Shown here in pieces: positions 39,783 through 48,679 of a stretch of DNA of 64,000 bases. The notes under the pieces were generated by a model. That model made no database searches, had not been told where the DNA came from, and saw nothing but the letters and a program-made list of their open reading frames with translations. Position numbers and translations under genes: made by a program. Source of the DNA: a bacterium (lineage in GTDB: Bacteria > Patescibacteriota > CPR2 > UBA1875 > JAJYID01); contig JAJYLR010000001.1 in the NCBI GenBank assembly GCA_021787535.1, forward strand, positions 19,648 through 83,647, given 5' to 3'. Each line of letters opens with the position of its first letter. The stretch's first letter is position 1.

Positions 39783-40337
39783 GTGATGAAAAAATTACTA
39801 TATCAAAAAAAAGGACAAAGTTTGGTAGAAGTAGTGATTGCCATGGCTGTTATAGCTGTTGTGGTAGTTGCTGTAATGATGCCCGTTCTTGCTTCCAGAG
39901 GACTTTTATATAACTCAGAGGATGTAACGAAGGCAACCTCTCTGGCGGAACAAGGTTTGGAGATAATAAAAAACAATAGAGATATCGGCTGCCAGTTTGA
40001 TGCCATAAATCCCGGCAACAGCGGCGGTACCTATGATATTTACGGCGATTTGCATAATCAGCGTTTAGATAATTCTTCTGCCGAACAATTAGTTCAAGAT
40101 ACCGGTCTCTCACAGCAGATTTATAGCTCTAATAGCGAGTACACTGGTTTTACTAGAAAAATTACTTTAACCAGTCTAGACAATGTTTCCTTTAATCCCG
40201 GTACTTTTGGCGGCATACCTTCCGATACATTCGATACAAAGGATCAATATTATTATGTGGAAGTGCAAGTGTCGAAAAATGGTTCTTCTTTATCTACAGT
40301 TTCGACTATTATGCTCAAAAAATGGAAAGACTACTAA
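39783..40337 (+). CDS. Minor pilin (PilV-like)
   Basis: KKG^QSLVEVVIAM and A..LAEQGLE motif. Confidence 0.85.
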   Translation: MMKKLLYQKKGQSLVEVVIAMAVIAVVVVAVMMPVLASRGLLYNSEDVTKATSLAEQGLEIIKNNRDIGCQFDAINPGNSGGTYDIYGDLHNQRLDNSSAEQLVQDTGLSQQIYSSNSEYTGFTRKITLTSLDNVSFNPGTFGGIPSDTFDTKDQYYYVEVQVSKNGSSLSTVSTIMLKKWKDY

Positions 40338-40897
40338 TGAAAAGAAGTTTGGAAAACAAAAAAGGATTTACATTAATTGAACTGATTGTGGCAATGGGGC
40401 TTTTTGCTATTATTTTAACCGCTTTCACTAGCTTTTTCCTGAATGCGTATAAGTTAGAAAGCACATATGTAGGAAAGGCAGATTTAAACCAAGAGGCACG
40501 GCTAGTCAGCGAGGTTTTTGCCAGATATGCCCGTGAGGCCAAAACAGTTACTCTGAGCGGTGATTGCACGAGCGGACTTTCTTGCCAGCCAAGCTTTGTA
40601 CTGCCTAGAGGCGATAGTGATACTGCTGTCATTAATGTTCAATTTGACGGCAGCGCAACAGCCGGCACTCCTTCTCACCGCACCTTAAACTTAGGGGTTA
40701 ATAGTTCACAAGCATACAACTTTCTTTCAAATAACATTGCCTTAGGCAGTTTGCGTATCCATCAACAAACAGATGTTTATCCTAAAATTCTAGAATATAA
40801 CTTTACTTTACAAAAAATAGTGAATGGGGTGCCATCGACTGCAAGCGGAGACCAAATCTACTTTAGCGGCGTTATTAATATGAGGAATGAACAATGA
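40337..40897 (+). CDS. Minor pilin (PilW-like)
   Basis: KKG^FTLIELIVAM motif. Confidence 0.85.
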   Translation: MKRSLENKKGFTLIELIVAMGLFAIILTAFTSFFLNAYKLESTYVGKADLNQEARLVSEVFARYAREAKTVTLSGDCTSGLSCQPSFVLPRGDSDTAVINVQFDGSATAGTPSHRTLNLGVNSSQAYNFLSNNIALGSLRIHQQTDVYPKILEYNFTLQKIVNGVPSTASGDQIYFSGVINMRNEQ

Positions 40898-42348
40898 AGT
40901 ATTTGCGTATGCAAAACAATAGAGGCAATGTTTTAATTTTTACAATCTTAGTTGTAGTTATACTTTTTGTGATTATGAGTTCGCTATCGGTGCTGATGAT
41001 CTCGGAAATTCGCCAATCCGGCCAGATCGAAGACTCTGCGAACGCCTATTTGGCAGCTGAGGCCGGATCCGAGCGGGCCCTAAACTATGCGAATCATAGA
41101 ACTCCAATCTATGAAACTAATCAGCGTTTAGGGGCAGCTGCTAACTCACCGACTTATTCATTTGAAGTAAAAGAAGCTACCGCAGGGGGTTCTTTAAGCG
41201 ATGGTACTCGATGTGACACAAATACTGATCCTAATCTATATTATTGTTTTTATAGTGAAGGATATAGCGGTTCAGGTAAAATAGTTCGCAAACTCAGCGG
41301 TTACACAAGAATTAATAGTATCAACCAAACAACCGCTGTAGACTTTAGTACCTATCCTACACAGCCGCCATGGTCGCTCTTTCCTTCGTCTCCTTCTCAA
41401 ACAGTGAGCTTAATGGATATTACACCACCCGATCCCAGGCATGACACTTTAGTTTTATCCGGCCAAATAGAAGGGCTTAATGTTCCGTCTGCAGATCATT
41501 ATTTCGGGCTTCTAGATAGCGGATCAGGATTGGGAAACAGAAAGGGTATCGGCATGCATGTTTATAATTCAGGCGGCCAAAATATGATAAAGCTGATAGG
41601 TACAACCATTGATACTGATGTCGCGCCACCTGCATATACCCCCTACGATAATGGAGAAATTGCTTCAGGTCCTGGTACGGGCAATCCGATATCGATCCCA
41701 ATCAATCCCGGAGAAAAAATAAGCTTTGTTTTAACGTACAGAAGAGCAGCTTCAGATCCATGGGCGAATACTGCCACGCTGCAGGTGAATGATATTACAG
41801 ATCCTAATCATACTCATAACTATCCTTGTTTGGGTATTACGACATCTGTCTTTTCCGATAGAATTTTTAGCTATGCTCCGTTTTATGCTTACTTTTTAAG
41901 TCCCGGCAGCTATAAGCCGCGAGGGGGAACTGCAGGCGGTGCTCCGTATCTTCAACTGCAAGACAGTGGTCAGACTATTACCTTAGATAACTTTATTTTA
42001 AGTACCAGCGGATCAACGAGCGATACCTTAGCAACCGGTACATGGCTAAAACCCGGACAGTTTATAAAATCGCAAAGTGGCAACTACCTCCTTACTTATA
42101 GAACAAATGGCAACTTAGTGCTTACTAATGCGGGCGGTTCCGTGATTTGGCAAACAGGTACACTCAGTACGGCTGGGTATGCCAGCATGCAGATTTCAGA
42201 TGGCAACTTTGTGCTCTATACTCCCAGCTGGTGGCCCTACTGGGCATCAAATACAACCGGTCATCCAAACGCCTATTTAAAGGTAACTGATGACGGTCAT
42301 CTTAGAATCTATGATGCTAACAATAATCAAATCTGGTCCAGGCCGTAA
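40894..42348 (+). CDS. PilX-like minor pilin with C-terminal bulb-type (B) lectin domain
   Basis: RG^NVL without E5, AYLAAEAG.ERAL; last ~110 aa with NGNLVL, QISDGNFVLY, WAS and DDGHLRIY repeats. Confidence 0.85.
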   Translation: MKYLRMQNNRGNVLIFTILVVVILFVIMSSLSVLMISEIRQSGQIEDSANAYLAAEAGSERALNYANHRTPIYETNQRLGAAANSPTYSFEVKEATAGGSLSDGTRCDTNTDPNLYYCFYSEGYSGSGKIVRKLSGYTRINSINQTTAVDFSTYPTQPPWSLFPSSPSQTVSLMDITPPDPRHDTLVLSGQIEGLNVPSADHYFGLLDSGSGLGNRKGIGMHVYNSGGQNMIKLIGTTIDTDVAPPAYTPYDNGEIASGPGTGNPISIPINPGEKISFVLTYRRAASDPWANTATLQVNDITDPNHTHNYPCLGITTSVFSDRIFSYAPFYAYFLSPGSYKPRGGTAGGAPYLQLQDSGQTITLDNFILSTSGSTSDTLATGTWLKPGQFIKSQSGNYLLTYRTNGNLVLTNAGGSVIWQTGTLSTAGYASMQISDGNFVLYTPSWWPYWASNTTGHPNAYLKVTDDGHLRIYDANNNQIWSRP

Positions 42349-42360
42349 AACTTTTGAAAT

Positions 42361-43323
42361 TTATACTTGACCTTGACTATGAAATTTTTGATGGATTTCT
42401 TTAAGCCGCGTGTTTGTTATGTGAGTATAAATCTGTGTAGTAGTGATGGAAGAGTGGCCGAGCATGGCTTGGACGGAACGGATATCGGCGCCGTTGATTA
42501 AAAGATCGGTGGCGAAAGAGTGGCGTAGCATATGGGGTGTCACTTTTTTGGTTATTCCGGCTAAACGGGTATATTTTGAGACAATGCGCTGAATGCTTCT
42601 AGGTGTAAGCCGCATATATTCACCTTCATCCAAGCCGTCTTGCATACCTGAGAAATGAATAAAAAGCGGCGCGGCATTATCGGTTCTTTTGGTTAGATAT
42701 CTTTTGAGTTTTTTAATAGCGCTATCTGAAAGAAAAACTACCCTATCCTTACCGCCTTTGCCGCGAACATTGAACTCTCCTCTTTCCAGATTGACTTGCT
42801 CGCGATTTAAGCCGGCAAGTTCGCTCACTCTGAGTCCCGTGGAAAAAAGTGTCTCCAGAATTGCTGAATCCCTGAGAATAATCACTTCTTTTTTTGAAGG
42901 AAATTTCTCAGGAGTAGCGAGTAAATCTTCAACTTCCTCGATTTCCAAGAATTCTACCTGTTTTCTTTTCATTTCCCCGAGCTCAATCTTTTCAGCAGCC
43001 AGAGATTTAATATCTCTTTTGGCCAAGTATTTTAAAAATGCACGCAGAGCAATGATGTGATATGTTTGAGTGATTTTAGCCAGATTACCGCCAAGATCTG
43101 TACTTAACCGATTTAAATAGAGCCGGTATTTTCTGATAAGATCGCTTGTAATTTGTTCGGGCTTAAGTTCACGGCTGCGCCCCTCTTCGGCAAAGTCAAG
43201 AAAACGCCCCAGATAATGTTCGTAGTTTCTGATGGTGAGTTCAGAGTGGTTTTTCTCTATCTCGCAGTATTCTAAAAAGTCGCGAACCAGGTCATTTACA
43301 GTCATACTTACATTGTACGACAC
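42361..43323 (-). CDS. XerC/XerD-family tyrosine recombinase
   Basis: TGLRVSEL, GKGGKDR, HMLRHSFAT, LGHSSITTTQIYT. Confidence 0.93.
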   Translation of the reverse strand: MSYNVSMTVNDLVRDFLEYCEIEKNHSELTIRNYEHYLGRFLDFAEEGRSRELKPEQITSDLIRKYRLYLNRLSTDLGGNLAKITQTYHIIALRAFLKYLAKRDIKSLAAEKIELGEMKRKQVEFLEIEEVEDLLATPEKFPSKKEVIILRDSAILETLFSTGLRVSELAGLNREQVNLERGEFNVRGKGGKDRVVFLSDSAIKKLKRYLTKRTDNAAPLFIHFSGMQDGLDEGEYMRLTPRSIQRIVSKYTRLAGITKKVTPHMLRHSFATDLLINGADIRSVQAMLGHSSITTTQIYTHITNTRLKEIHQKFHSQGQV

Positions 43324-43333
43324 TTTTTTCGAC

Positions 43334-43751
43334 TTGTCATTCCGACCGCCACTATGCTAATGAAAAGTGGAGGAATCCCTTACTCGTAGTATAATCTACT
43401 TATGGCCAAAAATTATATTTTCCATGTTCATATATTAGCTAGTGAGAGTGGTACTCTATACATTGGTGTCACCAATGACCTAGTTAGAAGAATATATCAA
43501 CACAGGAGCGATTTAATAGAAGGATTTAGCAAAAAGTATCAATGCCATAAATTAGTTTATTATGAAGAAACATCAGATGTTGAAAGCGCAATTAAAAGAG
43601 AAAAACAAATTAAAAATTGGAGCAGAAAGAAAAAAGAAGGTTTGATCAAAACCAAAAACCCAACCTGGAGAGATTTATCAGGTGATTTATAAAATATTAA
43701 TACAAAGGGATTCCTCCGCTCTACTTTTACGGAAGTTGGTCGGAATGACAA
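43334..43751. mobile_element. GIY-YIG gene cassette bounded by inverted GTCAT palindromes
   Basis: Left TTGTCATTCCGACC..GGAGGAATCCCT (43334-43380), right AGGGATTCCTCC..GGTCGGAATGACAA (43706-43751); mobility is inferred. Confidence 0.6.
43402..43692 (+). CDS. Stand-alone GIY-YIG nuclease (UPF0213-like)
   Basis: VHIL..TLYIGVTNDL.RR..QH, LVYYE and AIKREKQIK.W.R.KK. Confidence 0.92.
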   Translation: MAKNYIFHVHILASESGTLYIGVTNDLVRRIYQHRSDLIEGFSKKYQCHKLVYYEETSDVESAIKREKQIKNWSRKKKEGLIKTKNPTWRDLSGDL

Positions 43752-43761
43752 AGAGAGCTGT

Positions 43762-45195
43762 ATGAAAGCGGTTTTTACAAGCGTTATTTTATTAGCCGTT
43801 ATGGCCGGCATATTTCTCGCTCCTTATTTTGACGTTTCTATACTGAGCGTGGTTGCTCTTTTTGGCATTTTCTTTCTCCTTAGCTTGTCAGTCGTTCCTA
43901 AAAAATGGCTCTGGCTTTTCATGATAGTCATTAGTTTTCTCTTTCTCGGTATTTTTCGTTTTATCCAAGTACAAAACGCCATTTACAACCTCTCTTATCC
44001 AACTGATCAGGAGGTAAAGCTCCAAGGCCAGGTTGTTGAACCGCCGGAAGAAACGGATAAATCGGTGAAAGCCGTTTTGAAAGATGAGGCAAGGGGCGGT
44101 AAAATTATTTTGATTTTAAAACCCTTCACTAAGGTGAAATATGGCGACCGGCTGTCAGTGAGCGGCAAAGTTAGCATTCCGGCTCAAGAGTATCAAAATT
44201 CTCTTTTAGTAAAAGGTATTGTTTATGAGATGGCCTTTCCGCAAATAGAGCGGGCCGGACCGGGCAAAATGGATATTTCAATGAAAATTCAAAATGGCCT
44301 TTACTCTCTTAGAAACCGTTTTGAGGAGAGTATAAACAGCATATTTCCCGAACCGGAGGCATCATTTCTGGCCGGATTGCTTTTAGGGGTAAAAAGAAAT
44401 CTTCCTGCCTGGCTTACTCAAGATCTCAAAGCCAGCGGCACTACCCATTTGATTGCCCTTTCAGGGTTTAATATTACTGTCATCATTGAGGCATTAAGGA
44501 TAATCTTTAGGCGGCGCAGCGCCAAACTAAGTTTTTATATCCCATTGCTTGTTATTTTTGCTTTTGTGGTTATGACCGGTTCTTCGTCTTCGGTCGTCAG
44601 AGCCGGCATTATGGGAGCAATGATGCTTCTTACTTATCGGGTAGGACGGCAATCTTCAGCTGTCATGGCAATAGTTATTACGGCAGCTATCATGGTTTTC
44701 GCCAATCCTTTTATTTTGCGTTTTGATGCCGGCTTTCAGCTCTCTTTCGCCGCCTTTATCGGGATCATTTATTTTGCGCCTATGATTAGTATGTTTTTGC
44801 CTCTTAAACATGAGTTTGCAAAAGAAATGCTGGCAATGACCTTAGGCGCGCAGATCATGGCTTATCCTTTAATTCTCTATTATTTTGGCACCTTTTCTAT
44901 AGTCTCATCCGCTGCCAACTTAGTCGTTCTGCCTTTTATTCCATTTGTGATGCTGCTTGGTTTTGTGACGGCAGCTGTAGGAATGGTCTGGCAAGGACTG
45001 GGTTATGCTATGTCATTCACCGCCCTTTTTGCCTTAAAGGCAGTGATCGAAACAATCCATTTCTTTGCCCTTCTCCCTTTATCTTCCATAAGCGGTATCA
45101 GCTTTTCCGCATTCAACGCCACTCTCTATTATATAATAATTTTGGAATTGGTTTTTATCTGCAAGAGGCGTCTTGTAAGGAGGCGTCTTGCCTAA
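43762..45195 (+). CDS. comEC: ComEC competence protein, membrane portion
   Basis: GTTHLIALSGFN, SVVRAGIM and GFQLSF motifs. Confidence 0.92.
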   Translation: MKAVFTSVILLAVMAGIFLAPYFDVSILSVVALFGIFFLLSLSVVPKKWLWLFMIVISFLFLGIFRFIQVQNAIYNLSYPTDQEVKLQGQVVEPPEETDKSVKAVLKDEARGGKIILILKPFTKVKYGDRLSVSGKVSIPAQEYQNSLLVKGIVYEMAFPQIERAGPGKMDISMKIQNGLYSLRNRFEESINSIFPEPEASFLAGLLLGVKRNLPAWLTQDLKASGTTHLIALSGFNITVIIEALRIIFRRRSAKLSFYIPLLVIFAFVVMTGSSSSVVRAGIMGAMMLLTYRVGRQSSAVMAIVITAAIMVFANPFILRFDAGFQLSFAAFIGIIYFAPMISMFLPLKHEFAKEMLAMTLGAQIMAYPLILYYFGTFSIVSSAANLVVLPFIPFVMLLGFVTAAVGMVWQGLGYAMSFTALFALKAVIETIHFFALLPLSSISGISFSAFNATLYYIIILELVFICKRRLVRRRLA

Positions 45196-46063
45196 AGAAA
45201 AAGGGGTAAAAAAGATTTTTCCCTTGTTCGCCCTTCCGATACTTTTGATTGCCTTTTTAGGGATTTGGTATTTTGTCTTTCTTCCGCCCAGCCGAGATTT
45301 AAAGATTATTTTCTGCGATGTCGGGCAAGGCGATGGAGCAATCCTCGAATTTCCGGGTGGCAGAACCGCCCTTGTTGATAGCGGACCAGATAAGAAAATT
45401 CTAGGATGTTTAGGCAAGAATCTGCCTTTTTACAGCAAGAAAATTGATCTTGTCTTTTTATCTCATGCGGACGCCGATCATGTAGGCGGTTTAAATTATG
45501 TTTTAAAACGTTATCAGGTGGGGCAAATCGTAGGAAGTGGCATTGGCAAAGATACTAAGGCGTATCAGTCTTTTTCCGACATTGTTAAGGAGCAGAAAAT
45601 ACCGGAAATCATAGCTCTCCAAGGAACGGAGTTTGACATTGCGCCTATGGCAAAAGTAAGGGTGTTATTACCCGGTAGCACATTAAATAACACAAGTTTA
45701 AATAACGCGTCTGAAATTCTGCAGGTGAGTTTCGGCAGAGAAAATATTCTCTTGACCGGCGATATGGAAAAGGAAGAAGCTGGCCTTTTTGCCAAGCTCT
45801 ATCCGGATCTTCATGCGGATATTATCAAAGTACCGCATCATGGCTCAAAATATTCTCTTGACGCAAATTTTTACAGCCGTCTTCATCCAAAATATGCGGT
45901 GATTTCAGTCGGCGCAAAAAACAGATACGGCCAGCCGCACAAACAAGTGCTGGATTTTTTAAAATCTAAAGCCATAAAGGTTTTCAGGACTGATAAGCAA
46001 GGGGATGTGCAGTTTGAAACAAACGGCACAGAGCTTGGCCAAGCGAACCCGGCTAGTTTGTAA
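45188..46063 (+). CDS. ComEC-type metallo-beta-lactamase domain protein (separate gene)
   Basis: DVGQGD, SHADADHVGG, LLTGD, KVPHHGS, ISVG..NRYG and RTD.QG. Confidence 0.92.
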   Translation: MPKEKGVKKIFPLFALPILLIAFLGIWYFVFLPPSRDLKIIFCDVGQGDGAILEFPGGRTALVDSGPDKKILGCLGKNLPFYSKKIDLVFLSHADADHVGGLNYVLKRYQVGQIVGSGIGKDTKAYQSFSDIVKEQKIPEIIALQGTEFDIAPMAKVRVLLPGSTLNNTSLNNASEILQVSFGRENILLTGDMEKEEAGLFAKLYPDLHADIIKVPHHGSKYSLDANFYSRLHPKYAVISVGAKNRYGQPHKQVLDFLKSKAIKVFRTDKQGDVQFETNGTELGQANPASL

Positions 46064-46123
46064 AAAAAATTTTACTTTACTCAACCGCTTCATTATAATT
46101 ATAATGTTTAAAGGAGATAAAAA

Positions 46124-46492
46124 ATGGCAAAGATACTTATAGTTGACGATGACCCGGCAATTCGCGAGCTTTATGAGGCCGGTTTTAAGCAGATTGGATA
46201 TGACGTCTTAACCGCGATTAACGGTGAGGATGCGCTTTCCAAGACTTTATCTTTCAAACCGGATCTTCTGCTGCTTGACATTATGATGCCGGAAATTCAT
46301 GGGCTCCATGTTCTGGATATTATTAAAGCAACTCCGGAAGCCAAGGATTTGAAAGTGGTAGTATTTACTGCCCTTAGCGATGATGAGGCCCAGAAAAAAG
46401 CCCAGGAATTTGGAGCAGACGGCTATATCGTCAAATCTCAGAAAACAATGGCTGAGGTAATTAACTACGTTCAGGAAATTTTGCAGAAGTAG
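46124..46492 (+). CDS. Single-domain response regulator
   Basis: ILIVDDD, LLDIMMP and GADGYIVK. Confidence 0.93.
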   Translation: MAKILIVDDDPAIRELYEAGFKQIGYDVLTAINGEDALSKTLSFKPDLLLLDIMMPEIHGLHVLDIIKATPEAKDLKVVVFTALSDDEAQKKAQEFGADGYIVKSQKTMAEVINYVQEILQK

Positions 46493-46495
46493 AAT

Positions 46496-46672
46496 TTGCT
46501 TTTTTAAGAAAATTAAGGTAATATAAATTTGTTATGGCAAAAGAAAGAGTTGTTTTATTTGGAGGGCTAGGGTTCCTGCCGGGATCGGTTAGGGAAGGTT
46601 GGCATTTGTCATAAAAGTAAATTCAAGTTTAGCAAGTCAACCTTTCTGAAGTCTCAGAAAGGTTTTTGTTTT
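46496..46672 (+). promoter_or_regulatory. Promoter, leader peptide and antiterminator/terminator attenuator upstream of tRNA
   Basis: TTGCTT-17bp-TAATAT; uORF 46534-46614; 46592-46603 pairs with 46636-46647, overlapping terminator 46639-46672. Confidence 0.75.
46534..46614 (+). CDS. Gly-rich leader peptide MAKERVVLFGGLGFLPGSVREGWHLS
   Basis: 26 codons including GGA GGG CTA GGG, GGA and GGT; ATG about 9 nt after the -10 box. Confidence 0.6.
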   Translation: MAKERVVLFGGLGFLPGSVREGWHLS

Positions 46673-46674
46673 AA

Positions 46675-46751
46675 CGGCCTATAGCGGAGTCTGGCATCGC
46701 ACTCAGTTTCCGACTGAGAGATCGGAGGTTCAAATCCTCCTAGGCCGACCA
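46675..46751 (+). tRNA. tRNA with TCC (Gly) anticodon and Pro-like acceptor stem
   Basis: Full cloverleaf: CGGCCTA/TAGGCCG+ACCA, D stem GCGG/TCGC, CTCAG-TTTCCGA-CTGAG, GGAGG-TTCAAAT-CCTCC. Confidence 0.9.
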
Positions 46752-46792
46752 TGGGTATCATGGCGGATCAAATCTGCCTGGTATTATAAAGT

Positions 46793-46896
46793 CCCAGATT
46801 CTTCTTCTGGCAGGCGTTAAAGCGCTAACTCATCGAGATACTTCTGGCGATCCCAAAGTGTTTCACGCAGTGTTGAGTTCAGAGGGAGAACCTGGG
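46793..46896 (+). ncRNA. Candidate structured RNA or 5' leader
   Basis: 17-nt closing stem CCCAGATTCTTCTTCTG/CAGAGGGAGAACCTGGG with inner helices, starting just after TGgTATTAT. Confidence 0.4.
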
Positions 46897-46948
46897 CACG
46901 AACCTTGAAAGCCGGATAACGAAAAGAAACAGAAAGGAGCAATATCGC

Positions 46949-47292
46949 ATGTCCGATTCAAATAAGCAGGTGCAGAAAATGGAGGCATCCGAGGAAGAAA
47001 CGGAAATATTAAGGGATCAACCCTCAAAAAAGAAGCGGTATCCGATCAAAAGGAACCGCAAGAAATGTCCTTCCAGAATCTGTGTCTGTTACTAGGGACG
47101 GAGGTTGGCATGGTAGAATGTCACGTGTATGACATTGACCCGGAAGACGCGCAACCCATTCTTTATGAATTAGCCGACAAGATGGGCATGTCGCCTGATG
47201 AGGTATTGATTAATCGGGCCAAAAATACTCTGTGTCTTCCTGATGCACTTTTGAATCACGCACGGGAACATATGAATATCGTTCCTACATAA
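46949..47292 (+). CDS. Hypothetical protein in two overlapping frames (46949-47095 and 47065-47292) joined by a possible -1 shift
   Basis: AAAGGAG RBS; in-phase A AAA AAG at 47026-47032; -1 frame is open to 47292. Confidence 0.5.
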
Positions 47293-47371
47293 CTTCTTTT
47301 CTGTAAACTTGTCGGGGTACGGCCATAATTTTTGGCTGTACCCCATCCAACCTTTTTAGAGGAAGTGATCA

Positions 47372-47605
47372 GTGAAATCAATTAAAAAGGTTAAAAGGAC
47401 TAATGTTGTACTTTTAGGCGTTAGTTTAGCTCTTTTAACGGTGATGGCTCTTGATCAAGATTATTTTAACAAAAGAGGCGTTCCTTCACCGGAAGTTACT
47501 ATTACCGATAAAGGTGAGGATTGCTTTGATTTTGAGTGTATCAATGAGAAATCTCTCAATATTCTTATCGAAAGGGCCAAGAGACATGCGAAGAGGCGCG
47601 CTTAA
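47372..47605 (+). CDS. Small single-TM hypothetical protein
   Basis: GAGG RBS and N-terminal hydrophobic helix. Confidence 0.55.
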   Translation: MKSIKKVKRTNVVLLGVSLALLTVMALDQDYFNKRGVPSPEVTITDKGEDCFDFECINEKSLNILIERAKRHAKRRA

Positions 47606-47721
47606 CATACTTTGACCGGATAAATTTTGGTGTATGATAAGCGCGCTTTTTTCATTGCTTTAAAAAAGACGATTTTTGTGCTAAAATTGCTATAAATTAA
47701 GGATATTTTAGGAGATTTTAA

Positions 47722-48462
47722 ATGTCAGGACATTCAAAGTGGGCTTCCATAAAACACAAGAAAGCAGCTACGGACGCCAAGCGCGGCAAAGCTTTTACTG
47801 TGGCCGCCAACATGATCACTATTGCAGCCAAAGAGGGCGGAGGCGATCCCTCGATGAATTTCAAACTTCGTCTGGCTATCGATAAAGCAAAAGCCGTAAA
47901 TATGCCGTCTGCTAATATTGATCGAGCTGTAAAAAGAGGCACGGGCGAGGGTGGAGCCGGACAGGTCGAGGAGTTAAAATATGAAGGTTACGGACCTGAA
48001 GGCGTTGCTATTTTAGTTAGCGCTGTAACTGACAATAAAAACAGAACTTCATCGGAGGTTCGCAGTACCTTAACCAAAAACAGCGGGAGAATGGCCGACG
48101 CAGGCAGTGTTTCTTGGGTTTTTGACCAGCAGGGGCAAATCGTTGCTGATACAGATTCCGAGGAAGCCCAACTGGTGGCGATAGACGCCGGGGCGGAAGA
48201 CGTGGAGGCGGAGGATGGCAAACTTTTTATCTATTGCGACACGGGTGCGATTAGCAATATTAAATCTGTTTTGGAAAGCGAAGGGATAAAGGTTGAATCG
48301 GCCGCAATTACCTTTAAGCCGAAAAATTATGTCAAAGTTGAAGATGAAGAAAAAGCTGCAAAAATTTTGAAACTGATTGACGCGCTTGAGAACTTGGATG
48401 ATGTGACGGAAGTGAACGCCAACTTTGATATACCGGAAGAGGTGCTTGAGAATATAGGATAA
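47722..48462 (+). CDS. yebC: YebC/PmpR family protein
   Basis: MSGHSKWASIKHKK, YEGYGP and TDNKNRT; upstream of ruvC. Confidence 0.96.
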   Translation: MSGHSKWASIKHKKAATDAKRGKAFTVAANMITIAAKEGGGDPSMNFKLRLAIDKAKAVNMPSANIDRAVKRGTGEGGAGQVEELKYEGYGPEGVAILVSAVTDNKNRTSSEVRSTLTKNSGRMADAGSVSWVFDQQGQIVADTDSEEAQLVAIDAGAEDVEAEDGKLFIYCDTGAISNIKSVLESEGIKVESAAITFKPKNYVKVEDEEKAAKILKLIDALENLDDVTEVNANFDIPEEVLENIG

Positions 48463-48679
48463 TCCTGCCATTCGAGCAATTCGCACTAGTGGGCCGAGAC
48501 ATCTTTTTGCTAAAATGCCTAATAACCAATTTCTAATTTCTAATCAAATTTCAATTAAAGAATTAAAAAATTAGAGCATTCAATAGGAATTAGATATTGT
48601 GAATTAGAAATTAAAACCCCAAGAAACCCCTATGATTTCCACTTTGCGGGGCGATCGGGATAACAAACGGAGAGATTGA

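Noticed and set aside
42361-43323. Prophage or integron integrase
   Set aside because: Looks like a housekeeping Xer recombinase; no phage genes, no IntI-specific insertion and no attC array recognised
46675-46751. Reading the tRNA as Arg(CCG)
   Set aside because: In the 7-nt loop TTTCCGA the central triplet is TCC; CCG is off-centre
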